Assembly: GCF_009914755.1 (NCBI RefSeq)
Contig: NC_060948.1
Origin: the human T2T-CHM13v2.0 reference genome, Homo sapiens
Length of the DNA: 64,000 nucleotides
Direction: 5' to 3' (one strand)
Positions within the stretch are counted from its first letter, which is position 1, and every line of letters starts with the position of its first letter. The notes under the pieces are model-generated. The model was not told the DNA's origin, searched no databases, and saw nothing but the letters and a program-made list of their open reading frames with translations. Below, in pieces: positions 34,401 to 49,400 of this stretch. The translations under genes were made by a program, and so were the position numbers.

Positions 34401-37400
34401 AATGGAATGAATTGGAACGGAATGGACTCGATTGGAATGGAATGTCATGGAATGGCATCAAATGGAATGGAATCGAATGCAATGGAATGCTATGGAATGG
34501 AATGGAATGCATTGGAATGGAATGTCCTCTAATGGAATGGATTCGAGTGGAATGGAATCGAATATAATGGAGTCGAATGAAATGGAATTGAAAGGAATGG
34601 GATCGAATACAATGGAATATACTGGAATGTAACGTAATGAACTCGAATGTAATTGACTGGAATGGAATGTACATGAATGGAATGTAATCGAATGGAAAGT
34701 AATCCAATGGAATAGAATCTAATGCAATAAAATCGACTCAAATAGAATAGAATGGAATGGAATGGAGTGCAGTGCAATGGAATGGAAGGGAATGGAATGC
34801 AATGGAATGGAATGTAATGGAATGGAATGGAATGGGATGGAATGGTATGGAATGGATAGTAATGGACTGGAGTGAAATGGACTGGAAAGGAATGGACTCA
34901 AATTGAAAGGGCTCGAAAGGAATGCAGTCAAATGGAATGATCTGGAATGGAATGAACACGAATGTAATGCAATCCAATAGAATGGAATCGAATGGCATGG
35001 AATATAAAGAAATGGAATCGAAGAGAATGGAAACAAATGGAATGGAATTGAATGGAATGGAATTGAATGGAATGAGAATGAATGGAGTGAAATTGTATGC
35101 AGTAGAAGAGAATAGAATGGAATGCAAGCGAAAGGAAAGGAATGGATTGGAATGGAATGGAATTCATTGGAATGGAAGGGAATGTAGTGTAATGGACAGG
35201 CCTGGAATAAAGTGGAATGCTACGGTCTCGAATGGAATAAAAATGTATGGAATGGAATGCAATGAAACGGAATCGAATGTCATAGAATGTAATGGAATGC
35301 AAAAAAATGGAATCCAAAATCATTGACTGGAAAGGCTGGGTGTCGAAAGGAATTGACTCCAATGGAATGGAATCGAATGGAATGGAAGTGAATAGAATCG
35401 AACTAAATCGAATGGAATGGAATTGATAGGAACGGAATGGAAAGGAATGCAATGATTTGGCATGGAATGGAATCGAATGGCATCGAATGGAATGGAATGG
35501 AATGCAATGGAATGGAATGTATTAGAATGTAATGAACTTTAATGGAATGTACTCGAATGGATTCGACTGGAATGGAATGTTCTGGAAGTGAATGGACTCC
35601 AATGGAATGGATTCGAAAGGAATGGAATCGTACGGAATGGAATCTAATGGAATGGAATTAAATGGAAATGAATCAAATTGAATAGCACGGAACTGAATTG
35701 AATGGAATCGAATGCAATGGAATCTAATGAAACGGAAAGGAAAGGAATGGAATGGAATGGAATGGGCTGGAATGGAATGGAATCGAACTGAAGAGACTGG
35801 AATGGAATGCACTGGAATGGAAGGGAGTGTAATGGAAGGTTCTCGAAAAAAATGGAATCGAATGGAATGGAATTGAATGGAACGGAATAGAGTCGAATGG
35901 AATTGAATGGAATGGAATGGACTAGAGTGAAATGGAATCGAACCACAAGGAATGGACAGGAATAGAATGGTCTCGAATTGAATGGAATCGTATGGAATGG
36001 CATCAAACGGAATGGAATGGACAGCCACGGAATGGAATGCACTCGAATGCAATGGAGTCGAAACTAATGGACTGGAATAGAATGGACTCGACTGGTACGG
36101 ACTCCAATGGAATGGAATCGAATGGAAGGGAATCGAACGGAATGGACTCGAAGGCAAAAGACTGCAATGGAAAGGTGTCGAATGGAATGGAAATTAATGG
36201 AATGGAATGGAATCGAATGAAATGGAGTCAAAAGGAATGGAATCGAATGGCAAGAAATCGAATGTAATGGAATCGCAAGGAATTGATGTGAACGGAACGG
36301 AATGGAATGGAATCCAAAGGAATGGAATAGAATGGAATGGAATCGAATGGAAAGGACTCGAATGGAAATCACTCGAATAGAATGCAATTTAATAAAATAG
36401 GATCAAATGTAATGGAATGGAATGGAAAGGAATCGAAACGAAAGGAATGGAGACAGATGGAATGGAATGGAACAGAGAGCAATGGTATAGAATGGAATGG
36501 AATCATCTGGAATGGAATTGAATGGAATGGAATAACATGAAATGGAATGGAATGGAATGGAATGCCTTTGAATTAAATGGACTGGAATGGAATGGTCTCG
36601 AACAGAGTGGAATGGAAAGTGTTGGAATAGAATGGAATGGACTCGTTTGGAATGGTGTAGTATGCAATGCAATCGACTGGCAGGGAATCAAAAGGAATGT
36701 AATCGAATGGATTGGACTGGAATGCAATGGACTCGAATAGATTGGAAACGGAATGCAAAGGAATGGAATGGAATAGTATGGAATGGAATGGAAAGGAATG
36801 GAGTGGAATAGACTAGAGTGGAATGGAATGGACTGGAAAGCAATGGACTGGAATGGAACTTTCTTGAATGGACTGGAATCAAACGGAATGGAATGCAATG
36901 CAATCAAATGGCATGGAATAAAATAGAATGAAAGAGAATCAAATGGAATTGAATCGAATGGAATCGAATGGATTGGAAAGGAATAGAATGGAATGGAATG
37001 GAATTGACTCAAATGGAATGGACTAGAATGGAATGGATTCGAATGGAAGGCAAAGGAATGGAATCTATTGGAATGGACTGTAATGGAATGGAATGGAAGG
37101 GATTGGAATGGACTCGAATGGAATGGACTGCAATAGAAAGGATTCGAATGGAATGAAAAAGAATTGAATGGAATAGAACAGAATGGAATCAAATCGAATG
37201 AAATGGAATGGAATAGAAAGGAATGGAATGAAATGGAATGGAAAGGATTCGAATGGAATGCAATCGAATGGAATGGAATCGAACGGAATGGAATAAAATG
37301 GAAGAAAACTGGCAAGAAATGGAATCGAAATGAATGGAGTGTTATGGATCGGACTCAAAAGGAATTGAATGTAATAGAATGGAGTGGAGTGGACTCGAAT

Positions 37401-40400
37401 ATAATGGACTGGAATGGAATGAAATCACATGGAATGGGAACGAATGGAATGGAATGGAAAGGAATGGAATCGAATGGAAAGGAATCGAATGGAAGGGAAT
37501 GAAATTGAATCAACAGGAATGGAAGGGAGTAGAATAGACGGTAATGGAATGGACTCGAATAGAATGGACACGAATGCTCAAATTGAATGGACTCGAATGG
37601 AATGGAAACGAAAGGAATGTCATCGAATGGAATTGAATCGGTTGGAATGAAATCGCATAGAATGGAGTGGAATCAAATGGAATTGAATCGAAAGGAAAGG
37701 AAGCGCATGGACTGAAATGAAATGGAATGGAATTGAATGGAATGTAATGCAATGGAATAGAATGGAACGAAATTTCACGGAATGGAATCAAACTGAATGG
37801 AATCAAATCAATGGAATATAATCAAATGGAATGGAAAGGAATTGAATGGAGTAGATTGGGTTGGATGGGATTGGAATGAAATGGAATGGAAAGGACTCGA
37901 ATTTCATGAAACGGAATGGAATGAATTGGAACGGAATGGACTCGAATGGAATGGAATGACATGGAATGGCAAGAAATGGAATGGCATCAAAGGGAATGGA
38001 ATCGAATGCAATGGAATGCTATGGAATGGAATGGAATGCATTGGAATGGAATGTCCTCTAATGGAATGGATTCGAGTGGAATGGAATCTAATATAATGGA
38101 GTCGAATGAAATGCAATTGAAAGGAATGGGATCGAATACAATGGAATATACTGGAATGTAATGTAAAGAACTCGAATGTAATTGAATGGAAAGGAATGTA
38201 CATGAATGGAATGTAATCGAATGGAAACTAATCCAATGGAATAGTATCTAATGTAATAAAATCGACTCAGATAGAGTAGAATGTAATGGAATGGAGTGTA
38301 GTGCAATGGAATGGAATGGAATGGAATGCAATGGAATGGAAAGGAATGGAATGGAATGGAATGGAATGGGATGGAATGGTATGGAATGGATAGTAATGGA
38401 CTGGAGTGAAATGGACTGGAAAGGAATGGACTCAAATTGAAAGGTCTCGAAAGGAATGGAGTCAAAAGGAATGGTCTGGAATGGAATGAACACGAATGTA
38501 ATGCAATCCAATAGAATGGAGTCGAATGGCATGGAATATAAAGAAATGGAATCGAAGAGAATGGAAACAAATGGAATGGAATTGAATGGAATGGAATTGA
38601 ATGGAATGGGAAGGAATGGAGTGAAATTGTATGCAGTAGAAGAGAATAGAATGGAATGCAAGCAAAAGGAAAGGAATGGATTGGAATGGAATGGAATTCA
38701 TTGGAATGGAAGGGAATGTAGTGTAATGGACAGGCCTGGAATAAAGTGGAATGCTACGGTCTCGAATGGAATAAAAATGTATGGAATGGAATGCAATGAA
38801 ACGGAATTGAATGTCATAGAATGTAATGGAATACAAAAAAATGGAATCCAAAATCATTGACTGGAAAGGCTGGGTGTCGAAAGGAATTGACTCCAATGGA
38901 ATGGAATCGAATGGAATGGAAGTGAATAGAATCGAACTAAATCGAATGGAATGGAATTGATAGGAACGGAATGGAAAGGAATGCAATGATTTGGCATGGA
39001 ATGGAATCGAATGGCATCGAATGGAATGGAATGGAATGCAATGGAATGGAATGTATTAGAATGTAATGAACTTTAATGGAATGTACTCGAATGGATTCGA
39101 CTGGAATGGAATGTTCTGGAAGTGAATGGACTCCAATGGAATGGATTCAAAAGGAATGGAATCGTACGGAATGGAATCTAATGGAATGGAATTAAATGGA
39201 AATGAATCAAATTGAATAGCACGGAATTGAATTGAATGGAATCGAATGCAATGGAATCTAATGAAACGGAAAGGAAAGGAATGGAATGGAATGGAATGGG
39301 CTGGAATGGAAAGGAATCGAAACGAATGGAATGGAATCGAACTGAAGAGACTGGAATGGAATGCACTGGAATGGAAGGGAGTGTAATGGAAGGTTCTCGA
39401 AAAAAATGGAATCGAATGGAATGGAATTGAATGGAACGGAATAGAGTCGAATGGAATTGAATGGAATGGAATGGACTAGAGTGAAATGGAATCGAACCAC
39501 AAGGAATGGACAGGAATAGAATGGTCTCGAATTGAATGGAATCGTATGGAATGGCATCAAACGGAATGGAATGGACAGCCACGGAATGGAATGCACTCGA
39601 ATGCAATGGAGTCGAAACTAATGGACTGGAATAGAATGGACTCGACTGGTACGGACTCCAATGGAATGGAATCGAATGGAAGGGAATCGAACGGAAGGGA
39701 ATCGAACGGAATGGACTCGAAGGGAAAAGACTGCAATGGAAAGGTCTCGAATGGAATGGAAATTAATGGAATGGAATGGAATCGAATGAAATGGAGTCAA
39801 AAGTAATGGAATCGAATGGCAAGAAATCGAATGTAATGGAATCGCAAGGAATTGATGTGAACGGAACGGAATGGAATGGAATCCAAAGGAATGGAATAGA
39901 ATGGAATGGAATCGAATGGAAAGGACTCGAATGGAAATCACTCGAATAGAATGCAATTTAATAAAATAGGATCAAATGTAATGGAATGGAATGGAAAGGA
40001 ATCGAAACGAAAGGAATGGAGACAGATGGAATGGAATGGAACAGAGAGCAATGGTATAGAATGGAATGGAATCATCTGGAATGGAATTGAATGGAATGGA
40101 ATAACATGAAATGGAATGGAATGGAATGGAATGCCTTTGAATTAAATGGACTGGAATGGAATGGTCTCGAACAGAGTGGAATGGAAAGTGTTGGAATAGA
40201 ATGGAATGGACTCGTTTGGAATGGTGTAGTATGCAATGCAATCGACTGGCAGGGAATCAAAAGGAATGTAATCGAATGGATTGGACTGGAATGCAATGGA
40301 CTCGAATAGATTGGAAACGGAATGCAAAGGAATGGAATGGAATAGTATGGAATGGAATGGTAAGGAATGGAGTGGAATAGACTAGAGTGGAATGGAATGG

Positions 40401-43400
40401 ACTGGAAAGCAATGGACTGGAATGGAACTTTCTTGAATGGACTGGAATCAAACGGAATGGAATGCAATGCAATCAAATGGCATGGAATAAAATGGAATGA
40501 AAGAGAATCAAATGGAATTGAATCGAATGGAATCGAATGGATTGGAAAGGAATAGAATGGAATGGAATGGAATTGACTCAAATGGAATGGACTAGAATGG
40601 AATGGATTCGAATGGAAGGCAAAGGAATGGAATCTATTGGAATGGACTGTAATGGAATGGAATGGAAGGGATTGGAATGGACTCGAATGGAATGGACTGC
40701 AATAGAAAGGATTCGAATGGAATGAAAAAGAATTGAATGGAATAGAACAGAATGGAATCAAATCGAATGAAATGGAATGGAATAGAAAGGAATGGAATGA
40801 AATGGAATGGAAAGGATTCGAATGGAATGCAATCGAATGGAATGGAATCGAACGGAATGGAATAAAATGGAAGAAAACTGGCAAGAAATGGAATCGAAAT
40901 GAATGGAGTGTTATGGATCGGACTCAAAAGGAATTGAATGTAATAGAATGGAGTGGAGTGGACTCGAATATAATGGACTGGAATGGAATGAAATCACATG
41001 GAATGGGAACGAATGGAATGGAATGGAAAGGAATGGAATCGAATGGAAAGGAATCGAATGGAAGGGAATGAAATTGAATCAACAGGAATGGAAGGGAGTA
41101 GAATAGACGGTAATGGAATGGACTCGAATAGAATGGACACGAATGCTCAAATTGAATGGACTCGAATGGAATGGAAACGAAAGGAATGTCATCGAATGGA
41201 ATTGAATCGGTTGGAATGAAATCGCATAGAATGGAGTGGAATCAAATGGAATTGAATCGAAAGGAAAGGAAGCGAATGGACTGAAATGAAATGGAATGGA
41301 ATTGAATGGAAAGTAATGCAATGGAACAGAATGGAACGAAATTTCACGGAATGGAATCAAACTGAATGGAATCAAATCAATGGAATATAATCAAATGGAA
41401 TGGAAAGGAATTGAATGGAGTAGATTGGGTTGGATGGGATTGGAATTAAATGGAATGGAAAGGACTCGAATTTCATGAAACGGAATGGAATGAATTGGAA
41501 CGGAATGGACTCGAATGGAATGGAATGACATGGAATGACAAGAAATGGAATGGCATCAAAGGGAATGGAATCGAATGCAATGGAATGCTATGGAATGGAA
41601 TGGAATGCATTGGAATGGAATGTCCTCTAATGGAATGGATTCGAGTGGAATGGAATCTAATATAATGGAGTCGAATGAAATGGAATTGAAAGGAATGGGA
41701 TCGAATACAATGGAATATACTGGAATGTAATGTAAAGAACTCGAATGTAATTGAATGGAAAGGAATGTACATGAATGGAATGTAATCGAATGGAAAGTAA
41801 TCCAATGGAATAGTATCTAATGTAATAAAATCGACTCAGATAGAGTAGAATGTAATGGAATGGAGTGTAGTGCAATGGAATGGAATGGAATGGAATGCAA
41901 TGGAATGGAAAGGAATGGAATGGAATGGAATGGAATGGGATGGAATGGTATGGAATGGATAGTAATGGACTGGAGTGAAATGGACTGGAAAGGAATGGAA
42001 TCAAATTGAAAGGTCTCGAAAGGAATGGAGTCAAAAGGAATGGTCTGGAATGGAATGAACACGAATGTAATGCAATCCAATAGAATGGAGTCGAATGGCA
42101 TGGAATATAAAGAAATGGAATCGAAGAGAATGGAAACAAATGGAATGGAATTGAATGGAATGGAATTGAATGGAATGGGAAGGAATGGAGTGAAATTGTA
42201 TGCAGTAGAAGAGAATAGAATGGAATGCAAGCAAAAGGAAAGGAATGGATTGGAATGGAATGGAATTCATTGGAATGGAAGGGAATGTAGTGTAATGGAC
42301 AGGCCTGGAATAAAGTGGAATGCTACGGTCTCGAATGGAATAAAAATGTATGGAATGGAATGCAATGAAACGGAATCGAATGTCATAGAATGTAATGGAA
42401 TACAAAAAAATGGAATCCAAAATCATTGACTGGAAAGGCTGGGTGTCGAAAGGAATTGACTCCAATGGAATGGAATCGAATGGAATGGAAGTGAATAGAA
42501 TCGAACTAAATCGAATGGAATGGAATTGATAGGAACGGAATGGAAAGGAATGCAATGATTTGGCATGGAATGGAATCGAATGGCATCGAATGGAATGGAA
42601 TGGAATGCAATGGAATGGAATGTATTAGAATGTAATGAACTTTAATGGAATGTACTCGAATGGATTCGACTGGAATGGAATGTTCTGGAAGTGAATGGAC
42701 TCCAATGGAATGGATTCAAAAGGAATGGAATCGTACGGAATGGAATCTAATGGAATGGAATTAAATGGAAATGAATCAAATTGAATAGCACGGAATTGAA
42801 TTGAATGGAATCGAATGCAATGGAATCTAATGAAACGGAAAGGAAAGGAATGGAATGGAATGGAATGGGCTGGAATGGAAAGGAATCGAAACGAATGGAA
42901 TGGAATCGAACTGAAGAGACTGGAATGGAATGCACTGGAATGGAAGGGAGTGTAATGGAAGGTTCTCGAAAAAAATGGAATCGAATGGAATGGAATTGAA
43001 TGGAACGGAATAGAGTCGAATGGAATTGAATGGAATGGAATGGACTAGAGTGAAATGGAATCGAACCACAAGGAATGGACAGGAATAAAATGGTCTCGAA
43101 TTGAATGGAATCGTATGGAATGGCATCAAACGGAATGGAATGGACAGCCACGGAATGGAATGCACTCGAATGCAATGGAGTCGAAACTAATGGACTGGAA
43201 TAGAATGGACTCGACTCGTACGGACTCCAATGGAATGGAATCGAATGGAAGGGAATCGAACGGAAGGGAATCGAACGGAATGGACTCGAAGGGAAAAGAC
43301 TGCAATGGAAAGGTCTCGAATGGAATGGAAATTAATGGAATGGAATGGAATCGAATGAAATGGAGTCAAAAGGAATGGAATCGAATGGCAAGAAATCGAA

Positions 43401-46400
43401 TGTAATGGAATCGCAAGGAATTGATGTGAACGGAACGGAATGGAATGGAATCCAAAGGAATGGAATAGAATGGAATGGAATCGAATGGAAAGGACTCGAA
43501 TGGAAATCACTCGAATAGAATGCAATTTAATAAAATAGGATCAAATGTAATGGAATGGAATGGAAAGGAATCGAAACGAAAGGAATGGAGACAGATGGAA
43601 TGGAATGGAACAGAGAGCAATGGTATAGAATGGAATGGAATCATCTGGAATGGAATTGAATGGAATGGAATAATATGAAATGGAATGGAATGGAATGGAA
43701 TGTCCTTGAATTAAATGGACTGGAATGGAATGGACTCGAACAGAGTGGAATGGAAAGTGTTGAAATAGAATGGAATGGACTCGTTTGGAATGGTGTAGTA
43801 TGCAATGCAATCGACTGGCAGGGAATCAAAAGGAATGTAATAGAATGGATTGGACTGGAATGCAATGGACTCGAATAGATTGGAAGCGGAATGCAAAGGA
43901 ATGGAATGGAATAGTATGGAATGGAATGGAAAGGAATGGAGTGGAATAGACTAGAGTGGAATGGAATGGACTCGAAAGCAATGGTCTGGAATGGAACTTT
44001 CTTGAATGGACTGGAATCAAACGGAATGGAATGCAATGCAATCAAATGGCATGGAATAAAATAGAATGAAAGAGAATCAAACGGAATTGAATCGAATGGA
44101 ATCGAATGGATTGGAAAGGAATAGAATGGAATGGAATGGAATTGACTCAAATGGAATGGACTAGAATGGAATGGATTCGAATGGAAGGCAAAGGAATGGA
44201 ATCTATTGGAATGGACTGTAATGGAATGGAATGGAAGGGATTGGAATGGACTCGAATGGAATGGACTGCAATAGAAAGGATTCGAATGGAATGAAAAAGA
44301 GTTGAATGGAATAGAACAGAATGGAATCAAACCTCATGAAATAGAATGGAATAGAAAGGAATGGAATGAAATCGAATGGAAAGGATTCGAATGGAATGCA
44401 ATCGAATGGAATGCAATCGAATGGAATGGAATCGAACGGAATGGAATAAAATGGAAGAAAACTGGCAAGAAATGGAATCGAAATGAATGGAGTGTTAAGG
44501 AACGGACTCAAAAGGAATTGAATGTAATAGAATGGAGTGGAGTGGACTCGAATATAATGGACTGGAATGGAATGAAATCACATGGAATGGGAACGAATGG
44601 AATGGAATGGAAAGGAATGGAATCGAATGGAAAGGAATCGAATGGAAGGGAATGAAATTGAATCAACAGGAATGGAAGGGAATAGAATAGACGGTAATGG
44701 AATGGACTCGAATAGAATGGACACGAATGCTCAAATTGAATGGACTCGAATGGAATGGAAATGAAAGGAATGTCATCGAATGCAATTCAATCGATTGGAA
44801 TGAAATCGCATAGGATGGAGTGGAATCAAATGGAATTGAATCGAAAGGAAAAGAAGCGAATTGACTGAAATGAAATGGAATGGAATTGAATGGAAAGTAA
44901 TGCAACGGAATAGAATGGAATGAAATTTCACGGAATGGAATCAAACTGAATGGAATCAAATCAATGGAATATAATCAAATGGAATGGAAAGGAATTGAAT
45001 GGAGTAGATTGTATTGGATGGGATTGGAATGAAATGTACTGGAAAGGACTCGAATTTCATGAAACGGAATGGAATGTATTAGAACGGAATGGACTCGAAT
45101 GGAATTGAATGTCACGGAATGGCATCAAATGGAATGGCATCAATTGGAATGGAATCGAATGCAATGGAATGCTATGGAATGGAATGGAATGCATTGGAAT
45201 GGAATGTCCTCTAATGGAATGGATTCGAGTGGAATGGAATCGAATATAATGGAGTCTAATGAAATGTAATTGAAAGGAATGGGATCCAATACAATGGAAT
45301 ATACTGGAATGTAATGTAATGAACTCGAATGTAATTGACTGGAATGGAATGTACATGAGTGGAATGTAATCGAATGGAAAGTAATCCAATGGAATAGAAT
45401 CTAATGCAATAAAATCGACTCAAATAGAGTAGAATGTAATGGAATGGAGTGCAGTGCAATGGAATGGAATGGAATGGGATGGAATGGTATGGAATGGATA
45501 GTAATGGACTGGAGTGAAATGGACTGGAAAATAATGGACTCAAATTGAAAGGGCTCGAAAGGAATGGAGTCAAATGGAATGGTCTGGAATGGAATGAACA
45601 CGAATGTAATGCAATCCAATAGAATGGAATCGAATGGCATGGAATATAAAGAAATGGAATCGAAGAGAATGGAAACAAATGGAATGGAATTGAATGGAAT
45701 GGAATTGAATGGAATGGGAACGAATGGAGTGAAATTGTATGCAGTAGAAGAGAATAGAATGGAATGCAAGCGAAAGGAAAGGAATGGATTGGAATGGAAT
45801 GGAATTCATTGGAATGGAAGGGAATGTAGTGTAATGGACAGGCCTGTAATAAAGTGGAATGCTACGGTCTCGAATGGAATAAAAATGTATGGAATGGAAT
45901 GCAATGAAACGGAATCGAATGTCATAGAAGTAATGGAATGCAAAAAAATGGACTCCAAAATCATTGACTGGAAAGGCTGGGTGTCGAAAGGAATTTACTC
46001 CAATGGAATGGAATCGAATGGAATGGAAGTGAATAGAATCGAACTAAATCGAATGGAATGGAATTGATAGGAACGGAATGGAAAGGAATGCAATGATTTC
46101 GCATGGAATGGAATCGAATGGCATCGAATGGAATGGAATGGAATGCAATGGAATGGAATGTATTAAAATGTAATGAACTTTAATGGAATGTACTCGAATG
46201 GATTCGACTGGAATGGAATGTTCTCGAAGTGAATGGACTCCAATGGAATGCATTCGAAAGGAATGGAATCTAATGGAATGGAATTAAATGGAAATGAATC
46301 AAATTTAATAGAACGGAATTGAATTGAATGGAATCGAATGCAATGGAATCTAATGAAACGGAAAGGAAAGGAATGGAATGGAATGGAATGGAATGGGCTG

Positions 46401-49400
46401 GAATGGAATGGAATCGAAACGAATGGAATGGAATCGAACTGAAGAGACTGGAATGGAATACACTGGAATGGAAGGGAATGTAATGGAAGGTTCTCGAAAA
46501 AAATGTAATTGAAAGGAATGGAATTGAGTGGAACGGAATAGAGTCGAATGGAATTCAATGGAATGGAATGGACTAGAGTGAAATGGAATCGAACCACAAG
46601 GAATGGACAGGAATAGAATGGTCTCGAATTGAATGGAATCGTATGGAATGGCATCAAACGGAATGGAATGGACAGCCACGGAATGGAATGCACTCGAATG
46701 CAATGGAGTCGAAACTAATGGACTGGAATAGAATGGACTCGACTGGTACGGACTCCAATGGAATGGAATCGAATGGAAGGGAATCGAACGGAATGGACTC
46801 GAAGGGAAAAGACTGCAATGGAAAGGTCTCGAATGGAATGGAAATTAATGGAATGGAATGGAATCGAATGAAATGGAGTCAAAAGGAATGGAATCGAATG
46901 GCAAGAAATCGAATGTAATGGAATCGCAAGGAATTGATGTGAACGGAACGGAATGGAATGGAATCCAAAGGAATGGAATAGAATGGAATGGAATCGAATG
47001 GAAAGGACTCGAATGGAAATCACTCGAATAGAATGCAATTTAATAAAATAGGATCAAATGTAATGGAATGGAATGGAAAGGAATCGAAACGAAAGGAATG
47101 GAGACAGATGGAATGGAATGGAACAGAGAGCAATGGTATAGAATGGAATGGAATCATCTGGAATGGAATTGAATGGAATGGAATAACATGAAATGGAATG
47201 GAATGGAATGGAATGCCTTTGAATTAAATGGACTGGAATGGAATGGTCTCGAACAGAGTGGAATGGAAAGTGTTGGAATAGAATGGAATGGACTCGTTTG
47301 GAATGGTGTAGTATGCAATGCAATCGACTGGCAGGGAATCAAAAGGAATGTAATCGAATGGATTGGACTGGAATGCAATGGACTCGAATAGATTGGAAAC
47401 GGAATGCAAAGGAATGGAATGGAATAGTATGGAATGGAATGGAAAGGAATGGAGTGGAATAGACTAGAGTGGAATGGAATGGACTGGAAAGCAATGGACT
47501 GGAATGGAACTTTCTTGAATGGACTGGAATCAAACGGAATGGAATGCAATGCAATCAAATGGCATGGAATAAAATAGAATGAAAGAGAATCAAATGGAAT
47601 TGAATCGAATGGAATCGAATGGATTGGAAAGGAATAGAATGGAATGGAATGGAATTGACTCAAATGGAATGGACTAGAATGGAATGGATTCGAATGGAAG
47701 GCAAAGGAATGGAATCTATTGGAATGGACTGTAATGGAATGGAATGGAAGGGATTGGAATGGACTCGAATGGAATGGACTGCAATAGAAAGGATTCGAAT
47801 GGAATGAAAAAGAATTGAATGGAATAGAACAGAATGGAATCAAATCGAATGAAATGGAATGGAATAGAAAGGAATGGAATGAAATGGAATGGAAAGGATT
47901 CGAATGGAATGCAATCGAATGGAATGGAATCGAACGGAATGGAATAAAATGGAAGAAAACTGGCAAGAAATGGAATCGAAATGAATGGAGTGTTATGGAT
48001 CGGACTCAAAAGGAATTGAATGTAATAGAATGGAGTGGAGTGGACTCGAATATAATGGACTGGAATGGAATGAAATCACATGGAATGGGAACGAATGGAA
48101 TGGAATGGAAAGGAATGGAATCGAATGGAAAGGAATCGAATGGAAGGGAATGAAATTGAATCAACAGGAATGGAAGGGAGTAGAATAGACGGTAATGGAA
48201 TGGACTCGAATACAATGGACACGAATGCTCAAATTGAATGGACTCGAATGGAATGGAAACGAAAGGAATGTCATTCAATGGAATTGAATCGGTTGGAATG
48301 AAATCGCATAGAATGGAGTGGAATCAAATGGAATTGAATCGAAAGGAAAGGAAGCGAATGGACTGAAATGAAATGGAATGGAATTGAATGGAAAGTAATG
48401 CAATGGAATAGAATGGAACGAAATTTCACGGAATGGAATCAAACTGAATGGAATCAAATCAATGGAATATAATCAAATGGAATGGAAAGGAATTGAATGG
48501 AGTAGATTGGGTTGGATGGGATTGGAATGAAATGGAATGGAAAGGACTCGAATTTCATGAAACGGAATGGAATGAATTGGAACGGAATGGACTCGAATGG
48601 AATGGAATGACATGGAATGGCAAGAAATGGAATGGCATCAAAGGGAATGGAATCGAATGCAATGGAATGCTATGGAATGGAATGGAATGCATTGGAATGG
48701 AATGTCCTCTAATGGAATGGATTCGAGTGGAATGGAATCTAATATAATGGAGTCGAATGAAATGGAATTGAAAGGAATGGGATCGAATACAATGGAATAT
48801 ACTGGAATGTAATGTAAAGAACTCGAATGTAATTGAATGGAAAGGAATGTACATGAATGGAATGTAATCGAATGGAAAGTAATCCAATGGAATAGTATCT
48901 AATCTAATAAAATCGACTCAGATAGAGTAGAATGTAATGGAATGGAGTGTAGTGCAATGGAATGGAATGGAATGGAATGCAATGGAATGGAAAGGAATGG
49001 AATGGAATGGAATGGAATGGGATGGAATGGTATGGAATGGATAGTAATGGACTGGAGTGAAATGGACTGGAAAGGAATGGACTCAAATTGAAAGGTCTCG
49101 AAAGGAATGGAGTCAAAAGGAATGGTCTGGAATGGAATGAACACGAATGTAATGCAATCCAATAGAATGGAGTCGAATGGCATGGAATATAAAGAAATGG
49201 AATCGAAGAGAATGGAAACAAATGGAATGGAATTGAATGGAATGGAATTGAATGGAATGGGAAGGAATGGACTGAAATTGTATGCAGTAGAAGAGAATAG
49301 AATGGAATGCAAGCGAAAGGAAAGGAATGGATTGGAATGGAATGGAATTCATTGGAATGGAAGGGAATGTAGTGTAATGGACAGGCCTGGAATAAAGTGG

